A stretch of 62,026 nucleotides of DNA from a virus: UHGV virus genome UHGV-1382945. One strand, given 5' to 3'. Positions 9,927 to 19,798 of the stretch are shown piece after piece. Below the pieces are notes generated by a model. That model worked only from the letters and a program-made list of their open reading frames with translations. It made no database searches and was not told where the DNA came from. How positions within the stretch are numbered: the stretch's first letter is position 1; every line of letters begins with the position of its first letter. Position numbers and translations under genes: made by a program.

Positions 9927-10641
9927 TGTTTGGCTGTGCCTCCCCAAGATTCGTAGGTAGCTCATCAATCTTCGGCATAGCAACTACAGAAGCATTATAC
10001 TCCTGCCCCAAAGACTGATAAAAAGATTGGACGTACTGTTGTGCAAGCTGCCTGTCATTTGCAGAAGTACTATCAGTACTGTACGCAAGGTACAGCATGT
10101 AGTCTATGATAGGACCACGATAGTTGCCCATAAGCTGCAAGTCTTGCTGCATAGCAGCATCAACATCCATTTCTGCAAAAGAAGCATACGGTGCAGAGTA
10201 AGCCATCTCTACATAAACATCTTTATCTTTTGCTACCGGAGGGTTAACAAGAAACTGCCGAGGTGTCTTACGATCATATACAAATTCGTAGACAACATCA
10301 GAAGGAGTAGTTCGTCTCCAATCAGAGAAGTAGTCAAGATCTCTACGCTCTACCTGAAACACAGGTTCACCAAACGTAAAGGTGTTGTCTTCTTCCTTTG
10401 TAGCGTTACAGTAGATGTCAATAAGAGCATAAGCATCATCAGGAATAGTCTGACGAATACCGGGGTTCAACTTCACTACGTCAGTTTTAACCCATACGTC
10501 AGGACGCATCATGATCAGCTTATTAATAGCATCGTCAAGAAACTCAAGGTACTGGTGCTTTGAGAGTCGAGCATAGTCCATATCATTATACAGAAGAGTT
10601 ACTCTATTGATGATATCAGAGACTTTCATTATTACCCTCAA
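9919..10641 (-). CDS. hypothetical structural protein, 240 aa
   Basis: ORF in late operon downstream of capsid gene. Confidence 0.5.
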   Translation of the reverse strand: MRVIMKVSDIINRVTLLYNDMDYARLSKHQYLEFLDDAINKLIMMRPDVWVKTDVVKLNPGIRQTIPDDAYALIDIYCNATKEEDNTFTFGEPVFQVERRDLDYFSDWRRTTPSDVVYEFVYDRKTPRQFLVNPPVAKDKDVYVEMAYSAPYASFAEMDVDAAMQQDLQLMGNYRGPIIDYMLYLAYSTDSTSANDRQLAQQYVQSFYQSLGQEYNASVVAMPKIDELPTNLGEAQPNND

Positions 10642-10658
10642 GTAAGCAAAAAGTTAGA

Positions 10659-11228
10659 CTAACTATTCTTACGCGGACGACCGGGGCCACGCTTCACAGG
10701 CATCGTCAGCTTGATGTCAAGAGCATCAGCTTCCATCTTACCAACCTGTTCAGGAGTGGGAACCACTTCTTCCGTTCCGTCAACCTGTTCCTCAACATAA
10801 CCAAGGAACGTATAAGGATACGTAGGAATGTGAACTTCAATAGTAGACTGCCTACCGAATTCATCCTGCTGCGTCTGGAAAGACGTAGTGTACGCACGGT
10901 CAATGCATTCACGAAGCATATACTCAGGAACAATCACTTCCTTACCGTAAGGAGCTTGGAAGTTCTTGCTGTTCACAGAAGCGTACACATAAGGGCCAGC
11001 AGAAGGATTAGAAGACGTATGAAAGATAACCCGGCACTTACGTGCGTTCGAGTTCATACTAGCGTGGTCCTGTCTCCAGTCCATCAACAGACGAACAGCG
11101 TGTTTACGAATGAGCTTGTTGTCTTCCGTCAACGGAATGTGCAGACCACGTTCAAAAAGCATATCCCGAATCTGCATGTCAGAAGCAGAGTTGAGATCGG
11201 TGTCAGTAAAAACAGGAGTGTTAGCCAT
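10659..11228 (-). CDS. hypothetical capsid-associated protein with C-terminal AT-hook-like KRGPGRPRK, 189 aa
   Basis: ORF directly downstream of major capsid gene; C-terminus PVKRGPGRPRKNS. Confidence 0.5.
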   Translation of the reverse strand: MANTPVFTDTDLNSASDMQIRDMLFERGLHIPLTEDNKLIRKHAVRLLMDWRQDHASMNSNARKCRVIFHTSSNPSAGPYVYASVNSKNFQAPYGKEVIVPEYMLRECIDRAYTTSFQTQQDEFGRQSTIEVHIPTYPYTFLGYVEEQVDGTEEVVPTPEQVGKMEADALDIKLTMPVKRGPGRPRKNS

Positions 11229-11333
11229 AAAGATTATACCTTAAAATTTAGTTTGTAGAGCTAGGTGTAGCAGAGCTAGATACGAGAAAGGGGAGAACCC
11301 CAAGAGTAGTTGTTCTCCCCGTATGGTCAAGGC

Positions 11334-12371
11334 TTAGTAGTCGGTACAAGCGACTTCAGCGCGAACCATCCAAGCCTGATTGAGAATCACGCAGGTCTGC
11401 ATGGTCTTCCAAGCAACGTGGGCACGCTGAGCGAGCGGGTCAGATTCGGTATAAGAAGGATTGATGATCACCGGAGTCAGGGACTCAGCACCCTTCAGGG
11501 GCACCAGACCATAAGCATCCTTCGCAAGGAAGAGAATGGGGTACACGTCAGCCTTGGTACCGCTGGTCGAAACCATCGTGTCACCAGCAGCATTCGTCTT
11601 AGCACCACCAGCATCCGGCCAGCTCTTCATCAGAGTGGTGAAGAGGTAACGCACGCCTTCAACAGCACCGATTTCATTTTCCCACGGAGTCGTGTTGCCG
11701 TAGTCCTTCACGTCTTGGAAGTGAGGCATCGAACGGATGTCAGCTTCACAGTCGGGATGGCAAACAGCCACGAAGCAGGGAGAGATGGATTCAGAGTAGA
11801 AGCGAGGCGTGGACTTAATGCTATCGGTCAGGAAGCGAGCCTTCTGGTTCTTCAGCTTACGCGTAATGCGACGCTGCAGGGGCAGAGTGACGGGCGTATT
11901 CACGTCACCACGAGCTTCACCATTCGCATACTCAACGTTGGAACCGCCGAGCAGCACACCGATACGCATGTTTTCAACAGTTTCCGCAGCCTGTTCACCC
12001 ACGATCTGCGTGACCTGTTCCATAACAGGGGAATCGTTGGTATCGAGCAGAACGTCGGTCATGGTCACGAGGTTACCGTACTGGTGCACAGTGGCTTCAA
12101 TGTCGGTAACCGAGAAGGTCTGAGCAGTAGGCGTAACGCCTTCAGTCAGTTCCTTCGGCGTGGCATCAAGAGATTCAAAGCGACGGAACTTAGCGGTCTT
12201 CGTGCTCTTGGTCGGCAGGGGATAAGCCTGACCAAACTTTTCAAACACGAGGTAAGGAAGAGCACGGATGAGCATCTTAGCAACGACATACGCGTTGGCC
12301 ATCGTGCTAAGAGTACCATTAGTAGAAGAACTGGTAGCACCAGTGTGCATGATAGTATTCGGAGTAGCCAT
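11334..12371 (-). CDS. putative major capsid protein, 345 aa
   Basis: position after portal and acidic scaffold genes; size and composition typical of HK97-fold coat proteins; no domain verified. Confidence 0.5.
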   Translation of the reverse strand: MATPNTIMHTGATSSSTNGTLSTMANAYVVAKMLIRALPYLVFEKFGQAYPLPTKSTKTAKFRRFESLDATPKELTEGVTPTAQTFSVTDIEATVHQYGNLVTMTDVLLDTNDSPVMEQVTQIVGEQAAETVENMRIGVLLGGSNVEYANGEARGDVNTPVTLPLQRRITRKLKNQKARFLTDSIKSTPRFYSESISPCFVAVCHPDCEADIRSMPHFQDVKDYGNTTPWENEIGAVEGVRYLFTTLMKSWPDAGGAKTNAAGDTMVSTSGTKADVYPILFLAKDAYGLVPLKGAESLTPVIINPSYTESDPLAQRAHVAWKTMQTCVILNQAWMVRAEVACTDY

Positions 12372-12401
12372 TAGATATAATTCCTAATTTCAAAAACGAG
12401 T

Positions 12402-13358
12402 TTAGCGCGTCCGTCTGCTACGTTCATACTCACGGGCAAAGTCATCAAAAGACTTCTCACGAGGTTTGGCTTTAGGCTTATTGCTGATATCAATAGGCTC
12501 CTTGCCAGTACGAACTGCCATAGCAGCGAGCACTTGTTTAACAATGTCTTCAGTCTCAGACGCAGGATTTGTCTGCACCTGAGTAGAAGAAGCCCTAGTC
12601 ATCTGTGGCTTGTTAACGCCACGAGCAGACTTGTAGTCGTCCAGAAGAGAAATAACTTCCTGCGCCGTACCGTACTGATACACATACTTGGCACCGTTCT
12701 GCATCACAGGAGGCAGAGAGTTAATCCAAGTAAAGAGATCACCACTATCCATAATCGCATTGATATCGGGGTGGGCAGCACGGATAGCACTGAAATGTTT
12801 GTCCGCTTCGGACTGGAAGATCTGCTGCTGAATAGGTTCAACCCGAGTCTTAAGCTCAGTCTCAACGTTCTTCTTAACAGCAGACACCTTGGTATCAACA
12901 AGCGCTTTCACTGCATTAGCAATTTCAGGATGAATCTCAAAGAGTTCCTTCACATTGTCGGGAAGTTCATCTGACTCTTCCTTCTTCTGTTCAGGCACGT
13001 TCTTCGTGTCTTTGAGTTCCTGATACTTATGTGACAGATCTGCGAGTCTGCTAGCCCACAGAGTATTCTGTGCTTCAGCGTCACGCTTTGCCTTTTCATA
13101 AAGCTCTTTATAATTCAGAGGAAGCTCAGTAGTCTGTTGTTCGTTCTGAACAGGAGCTTCTTGTTCCTGTTCCTGTTCTTCGTTCTCAGGCTGAACTTCG
13201 TCGTCATCATTCTGGCTCACGACGTTTTCTTCTTCGGAAGGATCTTCAGGCTCACTCATGAAATCATCAAACGAGGGCTCTACCTTAGAGGGATCTTCGT
13301 AAGACTTCGCAAGTTCGTCGAAGGCTTCATTGAAATCTTTGTTGTTCTGATCGTTCAT
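12402..13358 (-). CDS. putative scaffolding protein, 318 aa
   Basis: highly acidic, coiled-coil-prone sequence (E/D/Q-rich) between portal and capsid genes. Confidence 0.5.
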   Translation of the reverse strand: MNDQNNKDFNEAFDELAKSYEDPSKVEPSFDDFMSEPEDPSEEENVVSQNDDDEVQPENEEQEQEQEAPVQNEQQTTELPLNYKELYEKAKRDAEAQNTLWASRLADLSHKYQELKDTKNVPEQKKEESDELPDNVKELFEIHPEIANAVKALVDTKVSAVKKNVETELKTRVEPIQQQIFQSEADKHFSAIRAAHPDINAIMDSGDLFTWINSLPPVMQNGAKYVYQYGTAQEVISLLDDYKSARGVNKPQMTRASSTQVQTNPASETEDIVKQVLAAMAVRTGKEPIDISNKPKAKPREKSFDDFAREYERSRRTR

Positions 13359-13398
13359 ATTTTTATAACTAAGTTAGGGAGGGTTATTACCCTAAGTC

Positions 13399-13662
13399 CT
13401 AACTGGCTTGGCTCATGAGCAAGTTGTCCGAGAGGGGCTCGCTCCCAAGTTCCAGTACATCCAAGAGCTTTTGTACCATACGTAGTTCACCGATAAGTCG
13501 GTCTACGTTGTCTGTATTATCAGGACTTAGTAACTTACTGTACCGTTGGCTTCTAAGAACCTTCAGGTAAGCAACTATATTCTTTTGTAAGTCGGCATTG
13601 GCCGTGAGCCTGAAGGCTTTCTCCAAGCTCACACGCCTACCGTTAAGTGGTGTATCAGTCAT
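13399..13662 (-). CDS. hypothetical protein, 87 aa
   Basis: ORF between portal and scaffold genes. Confidence 0.4.
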   Translation of the reverse strand: MTDTPLNGRRVSLEKAFRLTANADLQKNIVAYLKVLRSQRYSKLLSPDNTDNVDRLIGELRMVQKLLDVLELGSEPLSDNLLMSQAS

Positions 13663-13663
13663 A

Positions 13664-15751
13664 TTAACTCTGAGGATACGCTTGTTCAGGCTGACTAATC
13701 AGAGACATGTCTTCACGAAGCTGTCTCAGACTATCGATCAAAGCCGCAGGGCTAACACCTTCAGACCGTGCAGTCTCAACCATATCGGTCATCCACTGCC
13801 GTTCTTCCTGAGCTTGCTTCTGCTCTTGCTGCTTCTGAACTTCAATCTCCTTGTCAGTGTACACCAAGTTGTCATCAGAAAGATCGAGGGCATCTGCGAT
13901 AGAACGAATAATGCTCGGACGCTTGACAGTGCCAAGGTCAACCTGATTGTTAGTGATCTGCGCAAAGTTAATCAGACTCTGTGCTCTGATCTCCTTAGCG
14001 ATAAGAGACGAAGTACCACGAGCTTGAACAGCATAGTCACCCTTGATATCAGAGTCACTATTGAACTTCATGTTCCAGTGATACATAGCAGAGATGAACG
14101 GCTTAGTGATGCCATCGTCAAAGTTCTTGACTTGGTCCTTGATCGTAATGTTTGCAGAACCCATCAACATAGACAGGCCAGAAGCAGTACGACCAGCAGC
14201 ACCAGAAGGTTCTCCCCACATCTGGCGAGGAATAGAAGTAACTTCATCCCCGTAGCTGCGGAAGAGTTCAATCATCCGTTCAAACTCAGTAGTATAACTG
14301 GGAAGCTGGAAGACACGAATAGCAGGGTTAGCAGCATCAGCTCCTTCACCTGTACGCATCCATACCTTAAACGGATAGACATCACGAGGATCTTCGTCTT
14401 CCGATATAAGGTCAAGGTTTACTTCGATCTGAGGACCAGCAGAGATAGCAGCGTTGTCCAGCATAGCTCTGAACGCACTGTTGATCAACTCCTGAACATC
14501 AGACATGATAGACGGAATACCTTCACCAAAGATAGAGGTTTCGTCTTTGTCATAATAGTAGAAGAAGTAAGGCCACTTAACGCCTTCCATAGGCATGAGA
14601 GACGCTTTAATGACGTGGTCACCAAGTACCCAAATGTTTGCAGCCAGTTCTACCTGACCCTGCATACGTTCAGGAATATCAACACCCACCTGATTCAGAT
14701 CATCAGCATCTACAAAACCCCAGAACTCAAGCACTTCATACTTCTTAGAGTGAGCAGCATCAGCAACACCGCTGTCGATTACATCACCCATAGAGGTCAG
14801 CTGGTTCTCAAAGTCCTTCTTCTGATAATCACCTTCAGGATTCTCAGCAACATAGGTAGAGATTAAATCTCCATTGAAGTCTGATCTCTTTCCGAGACCG
14901 ATGACATCGTGCTTATCCATCTTCCGTCGCTGAATGATGTATCTACATTCGGAGGGGCAAGTAGCTTCCATGTCCGGGTAGATATCCCATATGCGGACGT
15001 TTTCGATGAAGGGAGTGATGGAGTCATAATCACAGAGTATCCACTTCTCTTTGTCTCCATTCTTTTCCTTCTTATAGTACTGACGGTTTTCAGAGATAGA
15101 AACAAGAGGCCCTTTAAGAATACCAGTACCATACAGATTACCAGAATGCATAACATCACGCATAATCTCACGGTACTTCAACTCAGCAAGCTGGTCTTCG
15201 ATGACCTTAGACATCTTACCAGCTTGGTTCTTAGCTTCATCCTGCATAAGAACGTAGAGTTCTTCAGGGCTAATCTGCTTACCTTGGTCTTGAGAAACAA
15301 CTTCAAGGATAGCAGCTTCTTTCTTCTTGCTAAACTGCGGCAGTGGCGTAGGCTCAATACCCCAGTTCTTCTCTCCGTTCGCAGGGAACAGCAGGTCAGA
15401 CAGACGGCTGTCAACAGTCTTGACCTTAGTTCTCGTCATACGAACAAAAGCTTTACTACGAAGAGGGTCCATACGTTCAAGAACTTCAGGAGAGTAGATA
15501 CCTTTGTACTGACGAAGGGCGTTCAACCACTTCTCTTCAATAGTCTTACGTGCACTGTCCGATCGATCAAATGCTTCACGAACAAATGCAGCCAGACCTT
15601 GGGGCGTTTCAGGCGCACCTTCGGTATCTTCTGCGCCGGAATCTTCATCTACCTGCATGTCGTCAGAAACTTCTTTGAGAAAATCCTGCACGTCTTTGTC
15701 TTCGGCAGAGTCGATTACAGTTCCAGAACCGAAAAAATCTTTTTCAGTCAT
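13664..15751 (-). CDS. putative portal protein, 695 aa
   Basis: large ORF immediately downstream of large terminase, acidic C-terminus; positional inference. Confidence 0.55.
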   Translation of the reverse strand: MTEKDFFGSGTVIDSAEDKDVQDFLKEVSDDMQVDEDSGAEDTEGAPETPQGLAAFVREAFDRSDSARKTIEEKWLNALRQYKGIYSPEVLERMDPLRSKAFVRMTRTKVKTVDSRLSDLLFPANGEKNWGIEPTPLPQFSKKKEAAILEVVSQDQGKQISPEELYVLMQDEAKNQAGKMSKVIEDQLAELKYREIMRDVMHSGNLYGTGILKGPLVSISENRQYYKKEKNGDKEKWILCDYDSITPFIENVRIWDIYPDMEATCPSECRYIIQRRKMDKHDVIGLGKRSDFNGDLISTYVAENPEGDYQKKDFENQLTSMGDVIDSGVADAAHSKKYEVLEFWGFVDADDLNQVGVDIPERMQGQVELAANIWVLGDHVIKASLMPMEGVKWPYFFYYYDKDETSIFGEGIPSIMSDVQELINSAFRAMLDNAAISAGPQIEVNLDLISEDEDPRDVYPFKVWMRTGEGADAANPAIRVFQLPSYTTEFERMIELFRSYGDEVTSIPRQMWGEPSGAAGRTASGLSMLMGSANITIKDQVKNFDDGITKPFISAMYHWNMKFNSDSDIKGDYAVQARGTSSLIAKEIRAQSLINFAQITNNQVDLGTVKRPSIIRSIADALDLSDDNLVYTDKEIEVQKQQEQKQAQEERQWMTDMVETARSEGVSPAALIDSLRQLREDMSLISQPEQAYPQS

Positions 15752-15756
15752 GATTT

Positions 15757-17172
15757 TTAGTAGCCTCCAATCTGGCTAGCAGCACGATATTTACGTTGTG
15801 TATTAAACAAGAACTTCTTCTCTCGCTTATGCACGTACTCCATCATTGCGTACTGCAAGGCGTCATGAATGTGAGAGAATTCATTCTTGACAGGAGATGC
15901 TTTGTAGAGAACACCGTTAACAGTCTTAGACTCAGCGTACTTGTACTCAGACACAAAGCCTTTTCTTAGGGCTATGCACTGAGGACCAAGCTTGAACTTA
16001 CCCTTCAAACGAAGGAACTGAGCAACGGCTTCAAAGCGAGGAGTCCAATTGTTTGTCTTAGCTAACTTGACAGGAAGATTACATTCTTTCAGTATCTCCA
16101 AACCAGATTTAGCGTCGTTCATTGACCGCTGTGAAGTAGCAGGGTCGCACACAACTTTAAAGTTATTTACAATCCAAGGGTACTTAGATGTGATCTTAGG
16201 CCAAAGATGTTCTTCACAGAACTCTTTAAGCGAGCAGTTGTCCGTACAGATCTCATCAAATACAATAACTGTACCGTCTGGAGCTTGCTGTGTGAAAGCA
16301 GCAGAAGGAGTTAATCCTTGGTCCATTCCTATGACAACAGGCACACCACGAAGAGGAAGGACTTCTTCATCAACATGGTGGTCAAGGTCACTGTAATCCT
16401 TATAAACAGGCTTACCTCGTTTTACTTCACCATAGTTGTTAAGTACGTTGACGTTGATAAAGTCTTCGTCTGCACCCATACACATGGTTTCGTAGTAGTC
16501 CTTGTCAAGGTTGTCGAGGTTCTCTGCCTCAGGATTAAGGACATACTTACCTTCAACCTTAAGCATAGCCGGAGGTTGACGGTAGAAACTATGTCCGTCT
16601 GGCTTGTCTTCCTCTGCAAGGCGATATAACCAATGTTCGGTACTTACGGCGTTGTAGTCAAGTATGATGAATGGCCTGACTGGGCCACCATCTTTCATAG
16701 CAGGATAACGCCTAAAGCGTGTCTTGATAAGCTGGAAAGTACCTTCAGTAAGTTCAGACGCTTCGTTCAAGTGAGCAGAGGTCACTTCCAACGAACGAAG
16801 CTTTTCAGCAGATCTATCATCATCGACAGCGATGAATACGACTTCCATATCTACGGTCGTACCATCAGCTAACGGATACTTAATCTTGCCGATGATGGGG
16901 GTAGAATAAGTGATAGTGATCTTGTCTTTAAACCATGACAACCACGTTTTAATGGTGGTTGACTTTAGGGCCGGGTACGTTGCGCGGACAACAAGGTGTC
17001 TGCTGTGCCTGACGCCATGCTCGTCTGGTTTCTGACGCATAGCATTAAAGAACGCTTGAAAGATACAACCAGAGGACTTGCCAGATCCCACTGGCCCCAT
17101 CACGAACAGAAAAGGATTAGGGTCATGATGAATCTTTGCAAACGTGGGCAGGACTTGGTAGTTGATTTCCAT
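15757..17172 (-). CDS. terminase large subunit, 471 aa
   Basis: N-terminal Walker A FVMGPVGSGKSS; C-terminal nuclease-like acidic motifs (GMDQG, HIHDALQYAM). Confidence 0.85.
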   Translation of the reverse strand: MEINYQVLPTFAKIHHDPNPFLFVMGPVGSGKSSGCIFQAFFNAMRQKPDEHGVRHSRHLVVRATYPALKSTTIKTWLSWFKDKITITYSTPIIGKIKYPLADGTTVDMEVVFIAVDDDRSAEKLRSLEVTSAHLNEASELTEGTFQLIKTRFRRYPAMKDGGPVRPFIILDYNAVSTEHWLYRLAEEDKPDGHSFYRQPPAMLKVEGKYVLNPEAENLDNLDKDYYETMCMGADEDFINVNVLNNYGEVKRGKPVYKDYSDLDHHVDEEVLPLRGVPVVIGMDQGLTPSAAFTQQAPDGTVIVFDEICTDNCSLKEFCEEHLWPKITSKYPWIVNNFKVVCDPATSQRSMNDAKSGLEILKECNLPVKLAKTNNWTPRFEAVAQFLRLKGKFKLGPQCIALRKGFVSEYKYAESKTVNGVLYKASPVKNEFSHIHDALQYAMMEYVHKREKKFLFNTQRKYRAASQIGGY

Positions 17173-17180
17173 GACAGTCC

Positions 17181-17531
17181 TTACGCAATTTCTTTCGCCA
17201 GATCCTTGAGTCCCGCAGGAGCAGTCTCTTCATCAGGGAAAGAGATGTTAACGTTAATAACTTCACCAGCATTCGGATTGAAATCCATAGCTTTCATCTT
17301 CGGCTGATAGTAGCTCAGCAGTTCAGAGGCGATCTTAATCTTCTCTGCGCTGTTAGTCTTAGCAGACCTAGCCAAATGCACAAGTTCCTTGATGGGATCG
17401 TACCCAAATTCAAAGCGAAGACGACGAAGAAGTTCGTCTCCCTTGGTACATCCCTTACCATCAGGAACAACTACAGAAGGACTAGGCTTCTTCAGAAGGG
17501 GCTTTATAGAGTTTTTCTTCATCAAGGTCAC
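17181..17531 (-). CDS. putative terminase small subunit, 116 aa
   Basis: small basic ORF directly upstream of terminase large subunit; positional inference only. Confidence 0.35.
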   Translation of the reverse strand: MTLMKKNSIKPLLKKPSPSVVVPDGKGCTKGDELLRRLRFEFGYDPIKELVHLARSAKTNSAEKIKIASELLSYYQPKMKAMDFNPNAGEVINVNISFPDEETAPAGLKDLAKEIA

Positions 17532-18240
17532 CTAAGTCAGAGCGGTCAAGCAGTGTAGCTATCTTCTCTGCGTACATCTTTAAAAGGAATTGGAAATCAG
17601 CAGAAGTTATGTCTTCGCGGAGCTTACAGAACTCTACGACAAGGAAGCCAAAGACATCTTGGTCGTCAGAGATAAGGGGAGCAAGAGCAAAGGACACAGC
17701 CTTATGTGACTTCAACATTGTGTATGTGGACATATCAAACTTACGCAGGCGTTCGATGTTCATAATCACTTTAGGTTCTGTACCGAAAGCAGCGTTGGTA
17801 AGATATGAGAAAGCAGACACAGGCAGGTTTAGGAAGTCAGCCTGTGCTGGTTTAAGGCCGGGACGAACAGCCTCGTGTGTGCAGGACATCTTTGCAAAGT
17901 CAATACCAGACAAGTTCTGACACCCGTTATGGAACTGAATAACTGCAATTCTGTCTGCGTTCAATTCAGCCTTAGCATGTTTAAGCTTGGTAAGGACACG
18001 CCTATTCATATCAATGAGCGAAGGAAAATACGAAGCAAACTTTTTCGTCTTACCAGCAGCTAAACGCCTAACGTAATCAGATAAGGTTGCACATTCATAA
18101 ATAATGAATGCAGTCCCTCCCAGCATTGCAAGTGATATATAGTCAGCGTCTTTTACTAAGCTTGACAGACCATTAATGATCCCTAGTAAAATTTGACTAT
18201 CCATAACTTTCTTTTGTTTTCCCTCTTGACAAAGTGTCAA
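17482..18240 (-). CDS. hypothetical protein, first gene of late operon, 252 aa
   Basis: ORF immediately downstream of minus-strand sigma70-like promoter at 18282-18309. Confidence 0.5.
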   Translation of the reverse strand: MTLCQEGKQKKVMDSQILLGIINGLSSLVKDADYISLAMLGGTAFIIYECATLSDYVRRLAAGKTKKFASYFPSLIDMNRRVLTKLKHAKAELNADRIAVIQFHNGCQNLSGIDFAKMSCTHEAVRPGLKPAQADFLNLPVSAFSYLTNAAFGTEPKVIMNIERLRKFDMSTYTMLKSHKAVSFALAPLISDDQDVFGFLVVEFCKLREDITSADFQFLLKMYAEKIATLLDRSDLGDLDEEKLYKAPSEEA

Positions 18241-18254
18241 TTAGTGATTATAGT
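18226..18254 (+). promoter_or_regulatory. sigma70-like promoter (TTGACA-17-TATAGT) for plus-strand gene 18349
   Basis: -35 TTGACA 18226-18231, 17-nt spacer, -10 TATAGT 18249-18254. Confidence 0.55.
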
Positions 18255-18281
18255 ATTTATGTATACTATAACCTAAAATAT

Positions 18282-18309
18282 AGTATAAGAACTATATGAA
18301 TTTTGTCAA
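18282..18309 (-). promoter_or_regulatory. sigma70-like promoter on minus strand (TTGACA-16-TATACT) driving late operon; shares/overlaps -35 with a second plus-strand promoter (TTGTCA-17-TATATA, 18303-18331)
   Basis: minus-strand -35 is complement of 18304-18309, -10 complement of 18282-18287; about 40 nt upstream of ATG at 18240. Confidence 0.5.
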
Positions 18310-18348
18310 GGGGTTATAGTAAAAATATATATAAAAAGTGAAAATAAA

Positions 18349-19242
18349 ATGTCGTCGACGCTGATAGAAAAAGACCGTAGGAAGTTAAAGTGGCGGAGGA
18401 ATCCCATACTGAATGAAGACACACCTGAACCTTACAAGATCCCTAACTGTAGGTGTCAGGTAGGTTTGTCAGAGTGTGAAGTAGAAGGACAGTGGGACAA
18501 AGGTCTGTACACAAAAGGTGACCTTGTTAACGATCTGAACATCTTCTTTAACTATCTGCCTGAAAGTGAAGTAAGCAGAATGGTTAACGTTATGCTCTGG
18601 TGTCTGTCTACCGGTTTAAAGAACAGAGGAGGTATCGACCTCAAAGACTTTGCAGTCATCACTGTTGAAGAGAAGACATATAGCAGACCCTTGACACAAG
18701 TAACACGTGACTGCTTTGGTGTGACTAGACGTGTGTCCCGTGCACCTAAGAAGAGGTACTTTGTCTTCAGAGAATATCCTCAGCTTAAGGCTGTAGTTGT
18801 ACCACGAACAACTGATTTCTTCCCCGGGCATGAACGTACATGGTTTACATGGAAAGTGTCTGCAACAAACCATCCGTACTACTACGCAAGACACTGGCGT
18901 AGAGGTGCTCTGTATATGCAACAAGTCTTTGACAAGACCTTTGAATATACAGGGTATACAGACGAGTACATAGAGATGGCACAGAGTAACATCATAGAAC
19001 CTTTTGGTACAGAACGTGAACACATGAATACGGTCTACCTTGGCTTTGAGGCACCACCTTATGTCAAGGCAGCTTACACAGATGAACTCATCAAGGTACC
19101 CCTTAAGTACGTAGCAAGCAAATACTTTACAAGTAACAAGGTCAAGTACGATTACATGTTTGGTAAGATAACCAAGGAAGAAGCAAGTAAGCATCTTTTA
19201 AGTCAACCAAGAAAGCTAGCTATAGACAAGAAAAATACCTAG
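18349..19242 (+). CDS. hypothetical early protein, 297 aa
   Basis: isolated ORF between divergent promoter and a strong stem-loop terminator; AT-rich codon usage. Confidence 0.6.
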   Translation: MSSTLIEKDRRKLKWRRNPILNEDTPEPYKIPNCRCQVGLSECEVEGQWDKGLYTKGDLVNDLNIFFNYLPESEVSRMVNVMLWCLSTGLKNRGGIDLKDFAVITVEEKTYSRPLTQVTRDCFGVTRRVSRAPKKRYFVFREYPQLKAVVVPRTTDFFPGHERTWFTWKVSATNHPYYYARHWRRGALYMQQVFDKTFEYTGYTDEYIEMAQSNIIEPFGTEREHMNTVYLGFEAPPYVKAAYTDELIKVPLKYVASKYFTSNKVKYDYMFGKITKEEASKHLLSQPRKLAIDKKNT

Positions 19243-19287
19243 ATCGCACCTCCAAGGCTACGCCTTTACGGTGCTCTAAACGCAACA

Positions 19288-19350
19288 AGCCCCCGGCTAC
19301 AACAGGAACTATGCAGTGCATGGTCAGGTGTAGTACGGGGGCTTTTCTTT
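19288..19350 (+). terminator. rho-independent terminator-like stem-loop
   Basis: AGCCCCCG(19288-19295)...CGGGGGCT(19336-19343) followed by TTTCTTTT. Confidence 0.5.
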
Positions 19351-19648
19351 TGGTCAGAACTTGATAGGGGCGCTCGGCCCTATTGACTACAAAGCGTAGC
19401 TTAGTTCTAATAAGTCGGAGGAGAAGGTCACAGGTCTTTAGATACTATTCTCCCATGTCCTAATCAACTCAAACTACCTAAGTAGTTCGCTCGCTTTGAG
19501 GCTCGCTCACAACCTAAAGAGAGCGTGTTCACATGAGAAGCAGATGTAGTGCTCAAGTACAAACACTTTGCATGTGAACTGAGACATAACTCAGACAATT
19601 AATCATCCAATCAATCACAGCAGCTAGCCTGCGAATCACTCCGTGATT

Positions 19649-19668
19649 TCATATTCATATGAATATGA
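19649..19668. repeat. perfect 20-bp palindrome TCATATTCATATGAATATGA
   Basis: read directly; preceded by inverted repeat AATCAC-TCC-GTGATT. Confidence 0.9.
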
Positions 19669-19703
19669 TAATCAGTTTTTTTCAAAAGTCAAGGGGTTTG
19701 AGC

Positions 19704-19730
19704 AAAAAAAAGTTAAAAAAAAGTTAAAAA
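19704..19730. repeat. phased A-tracts (A8GTT A8GTT A5)
   Basis: AAAAAAAAGTTAAAAAAAAGTTAAAAA. Confidence 0.9.
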
Positions 19731-19761
19731 CTTTAGGCAGCCAAGAGGTAGGGCCCGGGCC

Positions 19762-19798
19762 GGTTACTAGTGGTTACTCCTGCCTACTGTTGGTTACG
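19762..19798. repeat. four 10-bp-phased iteron-like repeats xGGTTACTxx (third copy degenerate)
   Basis: cGGTTACTag tGGTTACTcc tGccTACTgt tGGTTACgta; a ~25-bp related copy TAGTGTTACTCCTCGTAGCTGTTGG recurs at 20034-20058. Confidence 0.7.

Noticed and set aside
11310-12374. 354-aa plus-strand ORF antisense to the capsid gene
   Set aside because: It mirrors the minus-strand capsid ORF exactly. It is Arg/His/Ser-rich nonsense with no RBS. The minus strand fits the operon.
13598-14866. 422-aa and 283-aa (14909-15760) plus-strand ORFs antisense to the portal gene
   Set aside because: They are shadow ORFs of a long minus-strand gene. They are Leu/Arg/Ser-rich with no translation signals.
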